Source: Octopus vulgaris (taxonomy: Eukaryota). From it: DNA of 64,000 nt. The number at the start of each line of letters is the position of its first letter. Position 1 is the stretch's first letter. The position numbers and the translations under genes are program-made. The notes under the pieces are model-generated. The model saw only the letters and a program-made list of their open reading frames with translations. It was not told the DNA's origin and did not search any database. The stretch is taken from assembly GCA_951406725.2 (NCBI GenBank), contig OX597816.1, positions 85,064,001 through 85,128,000 of the forward strand, written 5' to 3'. Positions 41,490 through 54,550 of this stretch are shown one piece after another.

Positions 41490-43480
41490 TCCGGCCACAG
41501 TGGGGCACCTCCACTATCATAACCTTTTCAATGGCTATTAACATCTGGTTAGTGAATGAGTTTGATGCTGCTACTCACATTTCAGTTTCTTGACATGATA
41601 TAGGTTTCTTTCAGATATTCCACAGCAGTATGTCAAACTGCTTCTTGAAAATATCTACCTCCACTCTATGTAGGCCTCTCAGGATTTTCGGCAAGATATT
41701 AATTAGCAGTGGGTATTTTAGTCCCATGCCACCTGGCCCTTTTTCTAGGTGGCGGGATGGTAGGAACATTTGGAACAGTATCTCACTACTGTCTTCTGTA
41801 TTTAGATCCCTATACAACGCTCCCCACTTCGCTCCAGAGTGCACAGTCGTAATTCTTTTAGTGTCTCCCATTTACACAAATGTTTCATTGATGCATTCTT
41901 TTTGGTGTAGCCAGCTGCCTCGAGGTTCGTAATTGAATTGACATTGTGGGGAGACCACCAGTAGTGCAGATTCCTGGACATTTGTTCTGAAAGTTATCAG
42001 AATCATCTGGCTATTGTTCTGAAAGTTATCAGAATCCATCTGGCTATTCGTCTGCACATTACCACTATCTTAGTCCTTTGTTTATAAAAGAACGCATCAT
42101 TGCACGTATCAATCCACAGAATTATCGCTCATTTTGTTCTAGTATAAATTTAGCACAAGCTCGCTGACAGCCTATGGTTTGGACTTTTTCTGCATTAAAT
42201 TGTATGTTGTTGTCTTCAGTCCATTTTAATGCTATCTAGAATTCTGTAGAAGATAAGCATCAAGAGGACTTTTGATTGCTTGTCTTACATCTATGTTGCA
42301 GGCTTATCTAGTAAGAGCGGCTGCCTCTATAACTGACGGCATATCCGAGAAGGTTATCACAAACAGCAGCAGTCATCAGGCTGTTCCTTCAGTCATTCCC
42401 CACGCAATTGGTGTGTCCTTGGAGAGGCCTGCATTGGCCACTACAGCCTTGTTTCTGTCTTCTGAGAAGTCATGTAACCACAAACCCAGTTTTCCAACTA
42501 TGCCAAGTTCTCGCGACTGTGACATACCATCCGGTTATCAACCTTATGAAAAGCTTTTGCCAAATTGAGAACATATCACATCCATGTTTAAGCAGTTCAT
42601 AAGTTGATTAAAAAATAATGCTACAGAATATCTGCAAGGTAGCTTCTCCCTAAACTGACGAAATGCTGGGTGGCAGCGAGCAATTCATTACCTTCTTGGA
42701 AACTAATTCGATTCACCTTGAGTTTAGAGAGGCAGGACAATAATTTTTAGCATCTGCTTTGCTCCTCACTTATAAGGAATCTTTACAATAGGATCTGCAG
42801 CCGTTTTGCTATGATCCCTATTGCATTGTTTTCTAGGAATCCGTCGAGGGCTGATATTGCATCAGTTGCCTTTACCTCGATATAATCGATGTGTTTTATC
42901 CCTAGGCGTGGAGCTGTATAAGGAAATGTCTCATTTGGCATATCTATTTGCATGTGTTCCAACGAAAGGTTGAAAACAATTTTGTAGTGGATATTCAGAA
43001 TTTCAGTTATCTTTTTCTTAGAACAGTGGCCCCAGCTTGTAACAAATTGAAGCATATGTCTTGCAAGGCTGTCAAAACACTGCCCAAGGAGACAGGCGTA
43101 CCATTTCTGTTCCAAGACCTTTTTCTGAATACGTTTCCAATTAGCTTTATAAAAATTCAGGATGAAAAGGAATCGGTGTATCTAGTAAACTTCACGTCTG
43201 TAATTTTCCTAGTACCACACATTGTTAGTTCTACTAATCTATAGTCCGAGGAAATCGAGGATGTCAACTTAACATTATGGATGAAAGCTACAATATTTGT
43301 GAAACAGAGGTCCGGAACATTTTTATACCTTGTTAGGTAGAGAATTATTTGCTCTATATATAGAATTTTGTACCGTCAAGCGGAAACCCTGCTTGCCTCA
43401 GTTCAAGCAGAGAGATAGTAACACACTTTAGAGAAGCAGTCCTCAGGGCATTCGTTATTAGGGAGGAAGAAGGCTGCTAC
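41490..43480 (-). mobile_element. Decayed CR1/L2-group LINE (RT region and 3' end)
   Basis: Minus-strand NLAKAFHKVD (~42535-42565, the D..KAFD.V motif), a degenerate GVPQG-like segment, and C-terminal LINILPKILRGLHRVEVDIFKKQFDILL (ORF 41611-41871). Internal ~32-bp duplication at 41982-42046. Confidence 0.75.
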
Positions 43481-43586
43481 AAGAGGTAAGTGAAGAATGT
43501 CACCTTTAATTTTTCAGTTCAACGTTTCTCATCAAATAATATCAAAATTATAATGTATTAAATGTATTGAGTATTCATTTAGTTTA

Positions 43587-43775
43587 GCGCAGAGTTGGCT
43601 GCGTGGTAAGAAGCTTGTTTCCCAACCAAATGGTTGGGTGTTCAATCCCACTGCGTGGCACTTTCATCAAATGTTTACTACTTTCGCCACAGATAGTAGA
43701 ACTATCTGTGGCGATAGTAGTATATCAACTAAAGACCTGTGAGTAGACAGAATCATAAAGAAGCCCGTCGTAAAT
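43587..43775 (+). mobile_element. SINE family A 5' half containing a 22-bp hairpin
   Basis: GGCTGCGTGGTAAGAAGCTTG...GTTCAATCCCACTGCGTGGCAC...AAGAAGCCCGTCG. Confidence 0.75.
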
Positions 43776-44379
43776 ATGCTTGCGCATTTCTTAATATGTT
43801 CACTAAAGAGTATCATTCTGTATTCTGGGAATGCAATCTGTTGGCGATGCAGAGTGAAAAGCAACAGCTACCACAATTTATAATCTTTCCATTCTATCAA
43901 TGTGCTATTGGAACATCAACACATGTTAGATTAAGCAAGGAAACCTTCATTAAAAATATAAGCCAAAACTTAACCATTTCTAAACTTTTTAAATAAGGAA
44001 ACTCACCTCATTGAAAAATAATATAAAGCAAAACCTAACCACTTGTAATATTCCATTCCTTCTAAACTGAATCCTGCTTAATTAGTCATTCTCAACATGT
44101 TTGACTATCTCCATTATACCGGAAAAAATCTCTGATTAGCTTCCCCTGCCTGGAACTCCATATTTCACAACATAGCGAAGACATGTCACGATGTAGATAA
44201 AGAAATTTGAGAAATTTGAAAAGAAAATACGAAGCCGGTTATTTCTCAAAAAACTAAGTTATTATACGCAAAATTTTCTAACATTTTTCTAACATAACGA
44301 CTTAAATATATTCTTTAACCATATAAGACAAGCCTTCTGTAGTTTTTTCACTCTTTTTTGTTTTATGTATACATATATA

Positions 44380-44530
44380 TGACAGGCTTGTTTCAGTTTC
44401 CGTCTACCAAATCCACTCACAAGGGTTTGGTTGGCCCAAGGCTATAGTAAAAGACACTTGCCCAAAGTGCGACTCAGCAGGACTGCACCCGGAACCACGT
44501 TTTGGCAACGAAGCCTTTTGTGTAGCGCGA
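44380..44530 (-). mobile_element. SINE family A, 5' part
   Basis: GACAGGCTTGTTTCAGTTTCCGTCTACCAAATCCACTCACAAGG...GACACTTGCCCAAAGTGC is near-identical to 5477-5570. Confidence 0.8.
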
Positions 44531-44821
44531 AACTGATCTGTCCACCGACAGAAAAGAAAAAAGAGGCTTATGCAGCAGAATTGTTTCCTTATCCTGTTTT
44601 TACTTTTTTTTTTCCTATCAGAGAACAGGTCACAGCGACGAAAAGTTTGACACCATATGCATAGCATTACTTGTATAATTGAAGCTGATATTTTTTTAGC
44701 CTTTCCGAGAGACTAACTAATGTCTTCCACTCTGCAATCGCTTTAGATTCAGCACACGATCTCTGATCAAAACACCTGCTACGCAAATGATCGTACACGC
44801 ACACACACAAGCACAAACACA

Positions 44822-44869
<48 letters not shown>

Positions 44870-46354
44870 GCACACACATACACAAACACATATATATATA
44901 TATAAACTCACGAGTAAGATTTACATGTCAACATACTTCGTAAACTCTGTATTGGTCGAAAGTGCAGATTTTCTTTCATATTTGTCATGGTCGTATCATT
45001 TATTTTCATTCCATACTTTCATTTATCCCTGTTGTTTCGTCTGATATTTCAACGCTTTTACATCGTTTGATATACATAATGATATTTGTAAATAGGAACT
45101 TACGCTTAAATACCTGTCATGAATTTGGATGGGAAGAATATTTATATGATTATTTATCACTAATATATAATCTAAAGAAACATATTCAGTTCTAAATCCT
45201 AACTTTGCTAGTCAAGTTATAAAATAAATTGCATTTGATATTACCATCCTGAAAGGATTTAGTCATAAATACATAATCCTTGAAAAGGAATGTAAATAAT
45301 ACACATAGCATTGAAATTCGAGATTAGATTGTTCGAATCCGTAAGACTAATTGCAAATCGTACTTAAAAGTTACACCTCTTGTTGATATTGTGAAGCCCA
45401 CTTTTAAGGTGTTTAATGGTGATCTATAATCCTTGTCAAGCGGAGATTAATTTCGGCTTCTTTGCTTGTGCATTTATGTAAATCTTTTTAATTAAAGTGA
45501 TGTGACTGTGTATTATTCTCTTAGGGATGCGATGTGTATTTGAAGAATAATGTTGCTAACATAGATACTGCTGCATTTGTTGCATTCAATGTGATATACA
45601 ATATATGATCGAAAGCAATTTTCAGCGCAGTACTCGTAGTGAATCGTAAGCGCCCTCTTATTCAACTGATATTTTCTCAGATCAGAAGGTAAAATTAAGT
45701 TATTTTATGCAAGTCAATTAATATTGTGAGTATTTGAAAAATATTAGACTATTTTCAAATTTAACGAATATGGACCACTTCGATTCTACTCCCTCCCCCA
45801 TCATCGTTGCATTTGCTTTGTCTATGACCAATTGTACAGCAAATGTAGAAGACACTGAGACCAGCTGTCAAGGTTCACGTTTAAGGATGCAATATTTATA
45901 TGTAGTTATATTGCAGAAGATTCATATAGGTGAAAAGTATTGACTAGCAAGTCATACGACACTTTCGCTTTTGTTATATCTTGGTTTAAGTAGACACCAA
46001 TATAAGAGAATTTTCTTAGTCGTCCCAATTGCTGAACGTATCCCTTATATTCCCATCATATCAAACCTTGATTGGATAATGTATTATTAACTGTACTTTG
46101 TTTCTTCCTTAATGGGCCATATGTCTGATAAAACACAGCTTAATGAAAGGTGTTCTCTGAAATCTCATATAAACTGTGATATCTGTTCAACAAAATAAAT
46201 TGGTTATTTTATAGAATCTAAGCTTTAGTTAAGTTGCCTAACATTGATAGAGAACGTATGAGGTAAATAATATTCTTATGGATTTCATTTTAAATACACT
46301 TAAGACAATCAATTCCTGTTTGAATGCTTCTTGATGTAATATTGGAATGCACTG

Positions 46355-46617
46355 AAGGCAGCGCGAGCTGGCAGAAACGTTAGCACGCCGGGCGATATAC
46401 ATATTGGTATTTCGTCTGTCTCACGTTCTGAGTTCAAATTCCGCCGAGGTCGACTTTGCCTTTCATCTTTTCCCGATCAATAAATTAAGTACCAGTTGCA
46501 TACTGATACCTGAACAGAAATGCTCCAGGAGCACTTTGTCTACGACCAATCTGGAACTGATCAAATCGACTGGCCCCTCCTTCTAAAATTTTAAGCGTTG
46601 TGACTAACATAGAAACG
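46355..46617 (+). mobile_element. tRNA-derived SINE family C with a 17-bp target-site duplication
   Basis: Head GAGCTGGCAGAAACGTTAGCACGCCGGGCG...GAGTTCAAATTCC. AATATTGGAATGCACTG occurs at both 46338-46354 and 46618-46634. Confidence 0.88.
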
Positions 46618-46734
46618 AATATTGGAATGCACTGGTGTGGGGTTTGTTTTATGACACAAAGCTACATCTTTTCTCTTAGGCTGCTTTGGCGGTTAGTATT
46701 TTCCATCTGATTTTCAAATAATGAGGTTGTTGTT

Positions 46735-47032
46735 TGTTCCGTCCCGAGCCATGTCTGGCTCATAAGGGCCGGTTTCCCGGTTTCTTTGGCATATACGTTC
46801 CCCACCTGGACGGGACACCGATCTGTCACAGGTGAGCTGTTAGATGCAGGAGGAAAAAGTAAAAGAAACTTGTGACGAAAGAGTCATCTAATGCTCGCCA
46901 TTACCTTCTGCCTGAGTCATCTGGAGCTTAGACGTTTCACTCATAAACACACACATCACCCGGTTTGAGATTCGAACTCGTGATCCCTCGGCAGCGACTC
47001 CGCTGCTCTAAGCACTAGGCCATGTGCTTCCA
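46735..47032 (-). mobile_element. tRNA-derived SINE family D
   Basis: Minus-strand head TGGAAGCACATGGCCTAGTGCTTAGAGCAGCGG...GAGTTCGAATCTC (A and B boxes). Confidence 0.75.
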
Positions 47033-47949
47033 AAAAAGGATGTAAGGAGCAGAAATGTCATAGTCATTTCATAGGTTTCCCCACTTTGTGATTCGTATTG
47101 GATTGCTTGTTTTCTTGTAAAGTCAAATACCCGTATCAATACGTTGCCTTCAATCCAAAAATGTGCAACTTGTAAAAATGACATAACACTCAAATAAATA
47201 CCCGTATTCACGTTAAAGATATGAATTCAAACAGTCACACACATTTCCTGATGAACATGGGAATTTGCTGCAAATTATTTGTCGTGCAGAGTACAAAATT
47301 ACATTAGAATGATTCCAATATTGAAAATTTAGACGTTATCTCCGTGTGACCAAACATTGATTCCATCCTCATACACATATAAATCCTATTCGTTTCCCTG
47401 GTATCATAGCTTTTTTTTAATTTACTGTATTTAGGAAGGGAGTGTGAGGCAATACATGTTTCTCTTGCCATGCAATGTCAGATGTTTATTAAAAATTCTC
47501 CTTCACAAAGTTCATCCTACAGTTTAACTACAGAGTGAAATTACTGGACACTGTACTCTGTAGCATAAAAGAATACTGAAAGATCGTAGCTAGAATGTTT
47601 CTCATTGCAGGCTTCTTCTATCAAATTTGAGGGTCCCTTAATAACAATGAACAATGGCAACAACAAGGTAAATAGGCTATGCTCAATGAAAATGTTACTA
47701 ATGGATTCGAAAATGTTTCTAAGCTTCTCAGATAATAATTTATTACAATTAAGTTTCAGAGATTTAATGACTTCTTTTGCATTCCTTATAAAGCCTTTCC
47801 ATATCACAGAAGTCTTTACTTATATACTGATAGCATAACATAGATTACCTAAGAGAATGTTAAAACACTTTCGTCTATTTTAGTACAATAAATCATAGAT
47901 TTAGTCATCCTGAAATTTAACTGCATAATTTAATTGTTGATTGTCATAC

Positions 47950-48048
47950 CTAACACGGAAACCTTTGACTTTGTTCATTTTGTGGTAGATAAAATAAGTA
48001 TCATTTAAATCCTGGAAACCATTCAAAACTCCACGCAATACATCATTT
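47950..48048 (-). CDS. Candidate internal exon of an unidentified gene or pseudogene (NDVLRGVLNGFQDLNDTYFIYHKMNKVKGFRV)
   Basis: Long polypyrimidine tract plus AG acceptor (..CTTTCTCTTTTTCGCTTTAG), 99 nt open in phase 2-2, donor AG|GTATGA. Confidence 0.35.
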
Positions 48049-48587
48049 CTAAAGCGAAAAAGAGAAAGAAAGAAAACAAAAAAGAAAGCATGCAAAACAA
48101 AATATGTGAGTTGCTAAAGTTAGATATAGTTATTGTCTTGTTTGTTTTCTAATAAGAGTTTAGTTCTCCTTAAGATTAATCTTTGTGTCGCTTCCAATCA
48201 TAATTTTAGCAAAATTGACATATTTAAGTGCTTAAACATATTGCAAATAGCATGAACACCGTACACGTATAAATTTACTTCTTTTTCACGGCAGTGTACT
48301 ACAAGCAAAAATTTAATGTTTGTTTTGATCATTTAAGGAATGATCGATCAAGAAACCCATGGAAATCACTCGACGTTTTAGAAATACCAGTCATATGAAG
48401 CGCATATAATATTATGTCGTCTTTAGCAAGTACACTTTCGAGGAATGAAGTCGTAGATATCTTTAAAAGATAAGCCTTTGACTGTCATAAGTCTTTCCTT
48501 GTATGTATACTAGATCCGATTTGACCTGGGGCTTAAACAGAAGTGAAAGAAATGAGTTTGGACACTATCTTGAGGTTATTTCTTAAC

Positions 48588-48702
48588 TTTAAGCCCTTAA
48601 GAACTGGGAAGAGATATTCTACACTCCTTGAAACGTTTACAAGATCAAGAATTTCAACATATACATCTTTTTTGGAGAACTCAAGTCTGTATTGTAAATT
48701 TC
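48588..48702 (-). CDS. Candidate upstream exon (GNLQYRLEFSKKDVYVEILDLVNVSRSVEYLFPVLKGL)
   Basis: Acceptor ..TTCTATTTAGCAG, open frame, weak donor AA|GTTAAG in a phase compatible with the exon at 47950-48048. Confidence 0.25.
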
Positions 48703-50408
48703 CTGCTAAATAGAATGCCGGAAAATGAAGCGAAATCAAATCATGATTCTTGAAATGGTAACATAATATTATCCAAACTTAACCGATTGTTCTTTTATAT
48801 AATGACACACGGCATTGAGGAGGAAACTTTAAACCGATACGCTACCCGTATATTTCTGATACATGATGCTTCTTGTTATATGAATGGCAAGAGTAAACTT
48901 GACTTAAAAGCCGAGACATCTATCGGACTTTTACTTATATCAGTATCGATATATACATATATGATTCAATAAACACAGAGAGAGTCAAGTATAATGGTAG
49001 ATTTAAGTAAATAGCTACGTATATAATTCGAAAGTTAGAGGCAGACACACTGACGGAAAGATAGATAGATAAGTGTAAAGCTATATTCACACCAGTGATT
49101 AGTTGTCATGAACGTGAGTTACTAGACCACTTAATAAATTGGCTGTTGTATGTGCACAAGTGTCTATTTCTGACTAGGTGGAGGTGGATGAGACAGAGAT
49201 CATAATCTAAAGTCATTTAAACTTCGATAGGCAACGAATTCAATTAGTATTAAATTAATCCCCTACATTAGATCATCTGGCGAGTATCAAATTATCAAGT
49301 TCTGATGAGGAATTAGAAAAAATGCAGTGTTAGATAACGTTCTAATTAGGTTAACAACGAACCTAAAATTATCTTTATCAACCTCGTGGCTATATCAGTG
49401 CTAATATCTTGATCCTAAGAAAGCAATAATTTGTATGGTAGATATATTTTCTCGGGTTCGGTATGGTCGTAAAATTAAGTAGATGGCAACTTTACACTTA
49501 TCCGCAAAGATTGCTTTTGAAAGTAGTCTTTAAATTCTAACTCACACTATTTTATAATTTGTATAATGAACACATATACAAGTCGTCCAAGAACTGGACA
49601 CAATTTATCGATTACCGTTTACAATCGTCGTATCGGAAACATTATCCAGCCTCCTAAAATGTTACTGCCTCAAGATGTTCATAACTTTGATAGAGAGTTG
49701 GAGAAAATACAGTTAATAATTTCGATTTCATTGAATCTTTAATATTTCTTTTGACAGGTGGTGTTTGAAAGCCGTATAACGAAAAGTATGAGGCCAAGAA
49801 TTTGAGAAAGAAATGCAATTTCAATCCCAGCTGGTTATTAATTTAGTTTTATTTGAAAATATTTTAGTAAAGAGATCAAAATCATAAATTTTAATTTGTC
49901 TCGAAAAGAAGGATCTTGATAGCCTAAACGAAGCCAATAATTATTCGGAAATTAACTAAGAAAGATACAATTTCTCACAAAACTAAAACACGACAGAATT
50001 TCCACACTCGATTGAAGTCAATAGCTACTTCATTTACAGAAAAAGAAGACATAAAACGATTTGCGTGTGTGTTACAAATCGTCTTCAGAAAATACAGACT
50101 TCACTAAAATCACTATGGCGCTTACTATTTAAATACATACTTCGACACTGTAAACACTGATATAGCAATATTAATTAAACTTTCGGCTATAAAAGGAATA
50201 ACTTTATTCTCAAGCTAAAATGAGAATGTTATTTCAGTTTCGTATTTTCTCAGAATTACTAATTTAATTCGGAAACTTGTATAAAAACATGTGATTTATT
50301 TAATATTAATAGCTTACACATACATAATGAAAGCAATACAATTTCTTCTCATGTTTCTATTCAGCATTTCATTGTTTGTGTAATGAAGTACATAAAACAA
50401 CCGCCTCG

Positions 50409-50820
50409 CTATATATTCATTTTCATTCCAAAATGATTCTGTAAACTATGAAACAAATAGTAGTCTGAAGTAGCAAGGTCGAGAGAATACGGTGGATGAG
50501 GAATTTTTTCCCAACCAAGCTCTTCGGTCTTCTGTGATGTGGTCTTTGTAGTGAGGGCTCGCGCATTTTCCTGATGAAACATCACTCCTTTTCGATTCAC
50601 TAAAGCGGGTCTTTTTTACTTCAAAGCTTGGTTCAAACGCTCTAATTGCTGACAGTATACTTGAGAATATATTATTGCATTAGGTGGTAACAATTCCAAG
50701 TAAATTACTCCTTTGCACTCCCACCAGATAGAGAGAAGGATCTTTTTCCCATGAAGTTCCCTCCTTGGTTGTGTTTGAGCTTTTTCCTTTTTACCAATCC
50801 ACTGTTTACGACGATTAACA
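50409..50820 (-). mobile_element. Mariner transposase fragment (catalytic C-terminal half)
   Basis: KILLSIWWECKGVIYLELL and GVMFHQENARA...LGWEKIPHPPYSLDLATSDYYLFHSLQN. Confidence 0.9.
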
Positions 50821-50869
50821 TATCATATCATATCATACCATATCCTACCATACTATATGTGGAACAGGA

Positions 50870-51830
50870 AAATTTACCAGTGACACGGATTTTAATATGG
50901 AAATAATCTGATGAAATAATGTCCAATGAAATAAATAAATTAATACAATTCCCGATTGAATGTAGCGAACATTAGCCCATATATTTTAATATCTGACCAA
51001 AAGGATGCCTACAACCTAATAAAGACAAACATAGCATAAATCTACGAACTCAAAAAGAATATGTACGTTTCAGTTTGTACCATTGGAGACATCCACGTCA
51101 GACCTCCTTAATAATCCATTCAATCCGATCAGCACAATTGTATCTGATAAAATATCTGTGCCATGCTATTTGAAGCGCTTAAGAAATCATCCATCGACAT
51201 TAGTTTCCTAGATGCCTTAGTAGGTAATGAAATACAACTAATCGTAAAAAATAAAATACTGATACAGTATTCTCAGTATCGGAAAACATAATTATATGAA
51301 AATTGAATGATTTATCATATATCTGTATTGACATTTCTTAGAATCATGGTCTCTTTGACATTATATTTCAAAACAAAACAACGCCCTAATAGGACAGAGT
51401 AAATCATATTTGCAGACGCATAGCATTATAAAAAACCGAAACATGACCAAAGCAAATAAGATTATTCCGAAAAGCCAAACCAAACACATTGAAAACCATA
51501 GCAGAAAATTTGAACAATCTACGTTTGGTTTATATTTAAATTCCTCAAAACGGTCGGGGATCCTATTTAAAAGCGGTCTAGTCTGTAAAATAAAGAAAAC
51601 GTATATGTGCATCTGGAATCTAATTTATGCAAATACATGCTCAGTAATTTGAAAAAGTCATATTGAGCAAACCGGGATATCATTAAGACAACTCATGGCT
51701 CTACGCAGACTACAAAATTGAACATGATGAGATCTTACCAGTGCATTAATTTGCTGATGGCAGAGCATGGCTGCAAAGTACCAGAAAAGAAACCACATTT
51801 ATGGTGTAATACAGAATACTCTCAACAACT
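50870..51830 (+). mobile_element. Highly decayed Penelope-like element (RT thumb and GIY-YIG remnant)
   Basis: Plus-strand ISFLDALV (~51200-51223) and YIEQTG (~51660-51678, resembling YIGQTG), in the expected order. Confidence 0.5.
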
Positions 51831-52044
51831 ACGAGAAGCACTATATTATCAATACTGCCTCTACTACCAATGCTGCTAGCATTTCTAGTAGTCTAATATT
51901 GCCACGGCGACTACCACCAATCTGTTATAGAATGAACTGACTGGTCTTTCTAAACACACAGACGCTACCATTTCAATCATTTCAGTTGTTTTTCCTTTTA
52001 TTACTGCTACTATTAATATGGCTGGAACGGCTATAACACATTTT

Positions 52045-52135
52045 TCTTCGTCTTCTTCTTCTTCTTCTTCTTCTTCTTCTTCTTCTTCTTCTTCTTCTTC
52101 TTCTTCTTCTTCTTCTCCTCCTCCTCCTCCTCCTC

Positions 52136-52199
<64 letters not shown>
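52045..52199. repeat. Compound trinucleotide repeat (TCT)n(CCT)n(ACT)n
   Basis: Directly visible; source of the poly-S/P/T and poly-V/G/E ORFs. Confidence 0.95.
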
Positions 52200-53270
52200 A
52201 ATTCCCACTGATAATACTGCCACCAACATTATATAAATTCTCCCATTATTTCCAAACGCTGCATTATTAAAAGGGACTACCACTGCTTCTCCTAAGACTG
52301 TAACCACCACTATATGAATTTGGTAAAAGACCATATAAGCTTTAAAAGTGTTATCCGAAACATCAATTTAATTCAGCGCATTCTCTACTTTGTGTTTTTC
52401 TGTCAGCTTAAGCATTGAAACCGGTAGCATCCAGCGATAATCATATCGATATCTTCATTTCTTTTGTTCGATAATGTTCTGGAAATATTTTACCAGTTCT
52501 GGAAACACACATACGCATGCACACGCGCGCGCGCACCCACAGAGTCTCTCTCTCTCTCTCTCTTTCACGCATATTTATAAACACACACTTGAATATATAC
52601 TTACAGCAGTGAACGTTCTTCTGTACGAATGATCTTATTAGGATACATATCGATTCAGTCTCTTCTGGGATTTCAAACGCACAAACGTATTTATGGATGT
52701 ATATACATGCATACAAACATATATTTCCATGTGAGTGTGTGTGTGCGTGTGTGTGTGTGTGTGTGTGCCTTTTATCTTTTACTTGTTTCACTCATTGGAC
52801 TGAAACATGGTGAGACACCACATTGAAGAATTTTAGTGAAACAAATTGAGGTCAATACTTACCTTTATTTTACGTCCAGGGCATATTTTATGGGCGTCTT
52901 TTGCTCAAGTGCTAGATTACGGCAAAATAAACACCCCTGCACAGCTTTGGATTCGCTAGGTAAAGGCTAGGATCACAGATATACAAATACATGCGTGCAT
53001 ATATACATACATACTCACGTACGAATGTATGCATGTATATCAAAATAATTGCATTGTAATAATGTAAGCACTATCGGTCGCAAATACATATTGTGTGCAT
53101 TTTATTTGTTAACATATCATTTTGCTGAGAGACAGCATCTTGTGAAAGCTCTATACACGAAGCTGATTGCTGAAGAAGTGATAATACACGTACATATACG
53201 TACATACGTATATAATACATACACACACACACACGCAAACATATATTATGTATAAAAATACAAAATACAT

Positions 53271-53664
53271 CGCAGGAGTGGCTGTGTAGAAAGTAGCTTG
53301 CTTACCACCCACATGGTTCCGTGTTCATTCCCACTGCGCGGCACCTTGGGCAAGTGTCTTCTACTATAGCCTCGGGCCGACCAATGCCTTGTGAGTGGAT
53401 TTGGTAGACGGAAACTGAAAGAACACGTCGTATATATGCATATATATGTATGCGTGTGTATATGTTTGTGTTCTGTGTTTGTCTCCGCCCCCCCAACATC
53501 GCTTGACAACCGATGCTGGTGTGTTTACATCCCCGTAACTTAGCAGTTCGGCAAAAGAGACCGATAGAATAAGTACTAGGCTTCCAAACAATAAGTCCTG
53601 GGATCAATTTGCTCGACTAAAGGCGGTGCTGCAGTCAAATGACTGAAGCAAATGAAAGAGTAAA
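53271..53664 (+). mobile_element. Near full-length SINE family A
   Basis: Runs from CGCAGGAGTGGCTGTGT through GTCAAATGACTGAAGCAAATGAAAGAGTAAA; collinear with 5231-5638. Confidence 0.9.
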
Positions 53665-53679
53665 GGGTGTACCTGAATG

Positions 53680-54550
53680 TGCCCAAGCAAATCTCCGGAA
53701 GAAATGCAAAACTCTCAGATAGGGACCGTCGGACTCTTATGCAAATTGTTAGAAAGGATCACGAAAGTGCTGCATCCAAAATTACTGCAGAGCATAATGA
53801 ACACCTCGTGAACCCAGTTTCCATAAAAAATGTTCACCAGGAGCTGCACAAAGCCAGACTTCAGGGGAGGGCTGCTATCAGAAAATCTCTACTTTCACAA
53901 ACAAATGTTACAAAGCGTTTAGAGTGGAGTAAAAGCCTACAGATTTGGTCCCTAGAGCAGTGGAATTATATTATTTTCTCGGATGAGTCATCCTTTACAT
54001 TATTTCCAACCACCTGCCGAGTATACGGCTGGAGACAGCTAAAAGAACCTTTTGACCCAGACTGCCTTTTTTCCAGCTGTTAAAAATGGAGGAGGATCTC
54101 TGATGATCTGGGGTGCTACATCTTGGAAATCCGCCGGCCCAATGGTTTACCATAGCAGAATTAATAGTGAAGACTATTTAAGCATTTTATCTGATAAAAA
54201 CTCATCCTATTGTTGCGGAACTGTTTCCGGAGGGAAAGGCATTCTTTCAGAATGCTAATGCACCACTTCACACAGCTAAAGTTGTTAGTGAATGACACAA
54301 GGAACATTCTAGTGAAGATGAACATCTTATCTGACTACTATAGTCGCTAGATCTCATTATTATTGAACATTTATGGTGCATTTTATAAAAACAGTTAAGG
54401 ATTGGATATCCTCCACCATCATCACTACAAGAATTGGAGACTGTTTTAGCTGAAGAATGGACAGAAATTCCTTTGGAAACAATTCAAACTTTGTACGAGT
54501 CTATAGCTTGCAGAATTCAAGGTGTAATTACTGCCAAGGGCGGTCCTACG
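53680..54550 (+). mobile_element. Tc1-family transposase pseudogene (5' truncated)
   Basis: SGRNAKLSDRDRRTL...GRAAIRKSLL...WNYIIFSDESSF, VKNGGGSLMIWG, SLDLIIIEHLW and GVITAKGGPT, with frameshifts and stops. Confidence 0.92.

Noticed and set aside
51885-52334. Poly-V/G/E and poly-S/P/T ORFs, and similar poly-M/H/I ORFs at 59728-60794 and 63145-63602
   Set aside because: Trinucleotide microsatellites with no surrounding coding signal.
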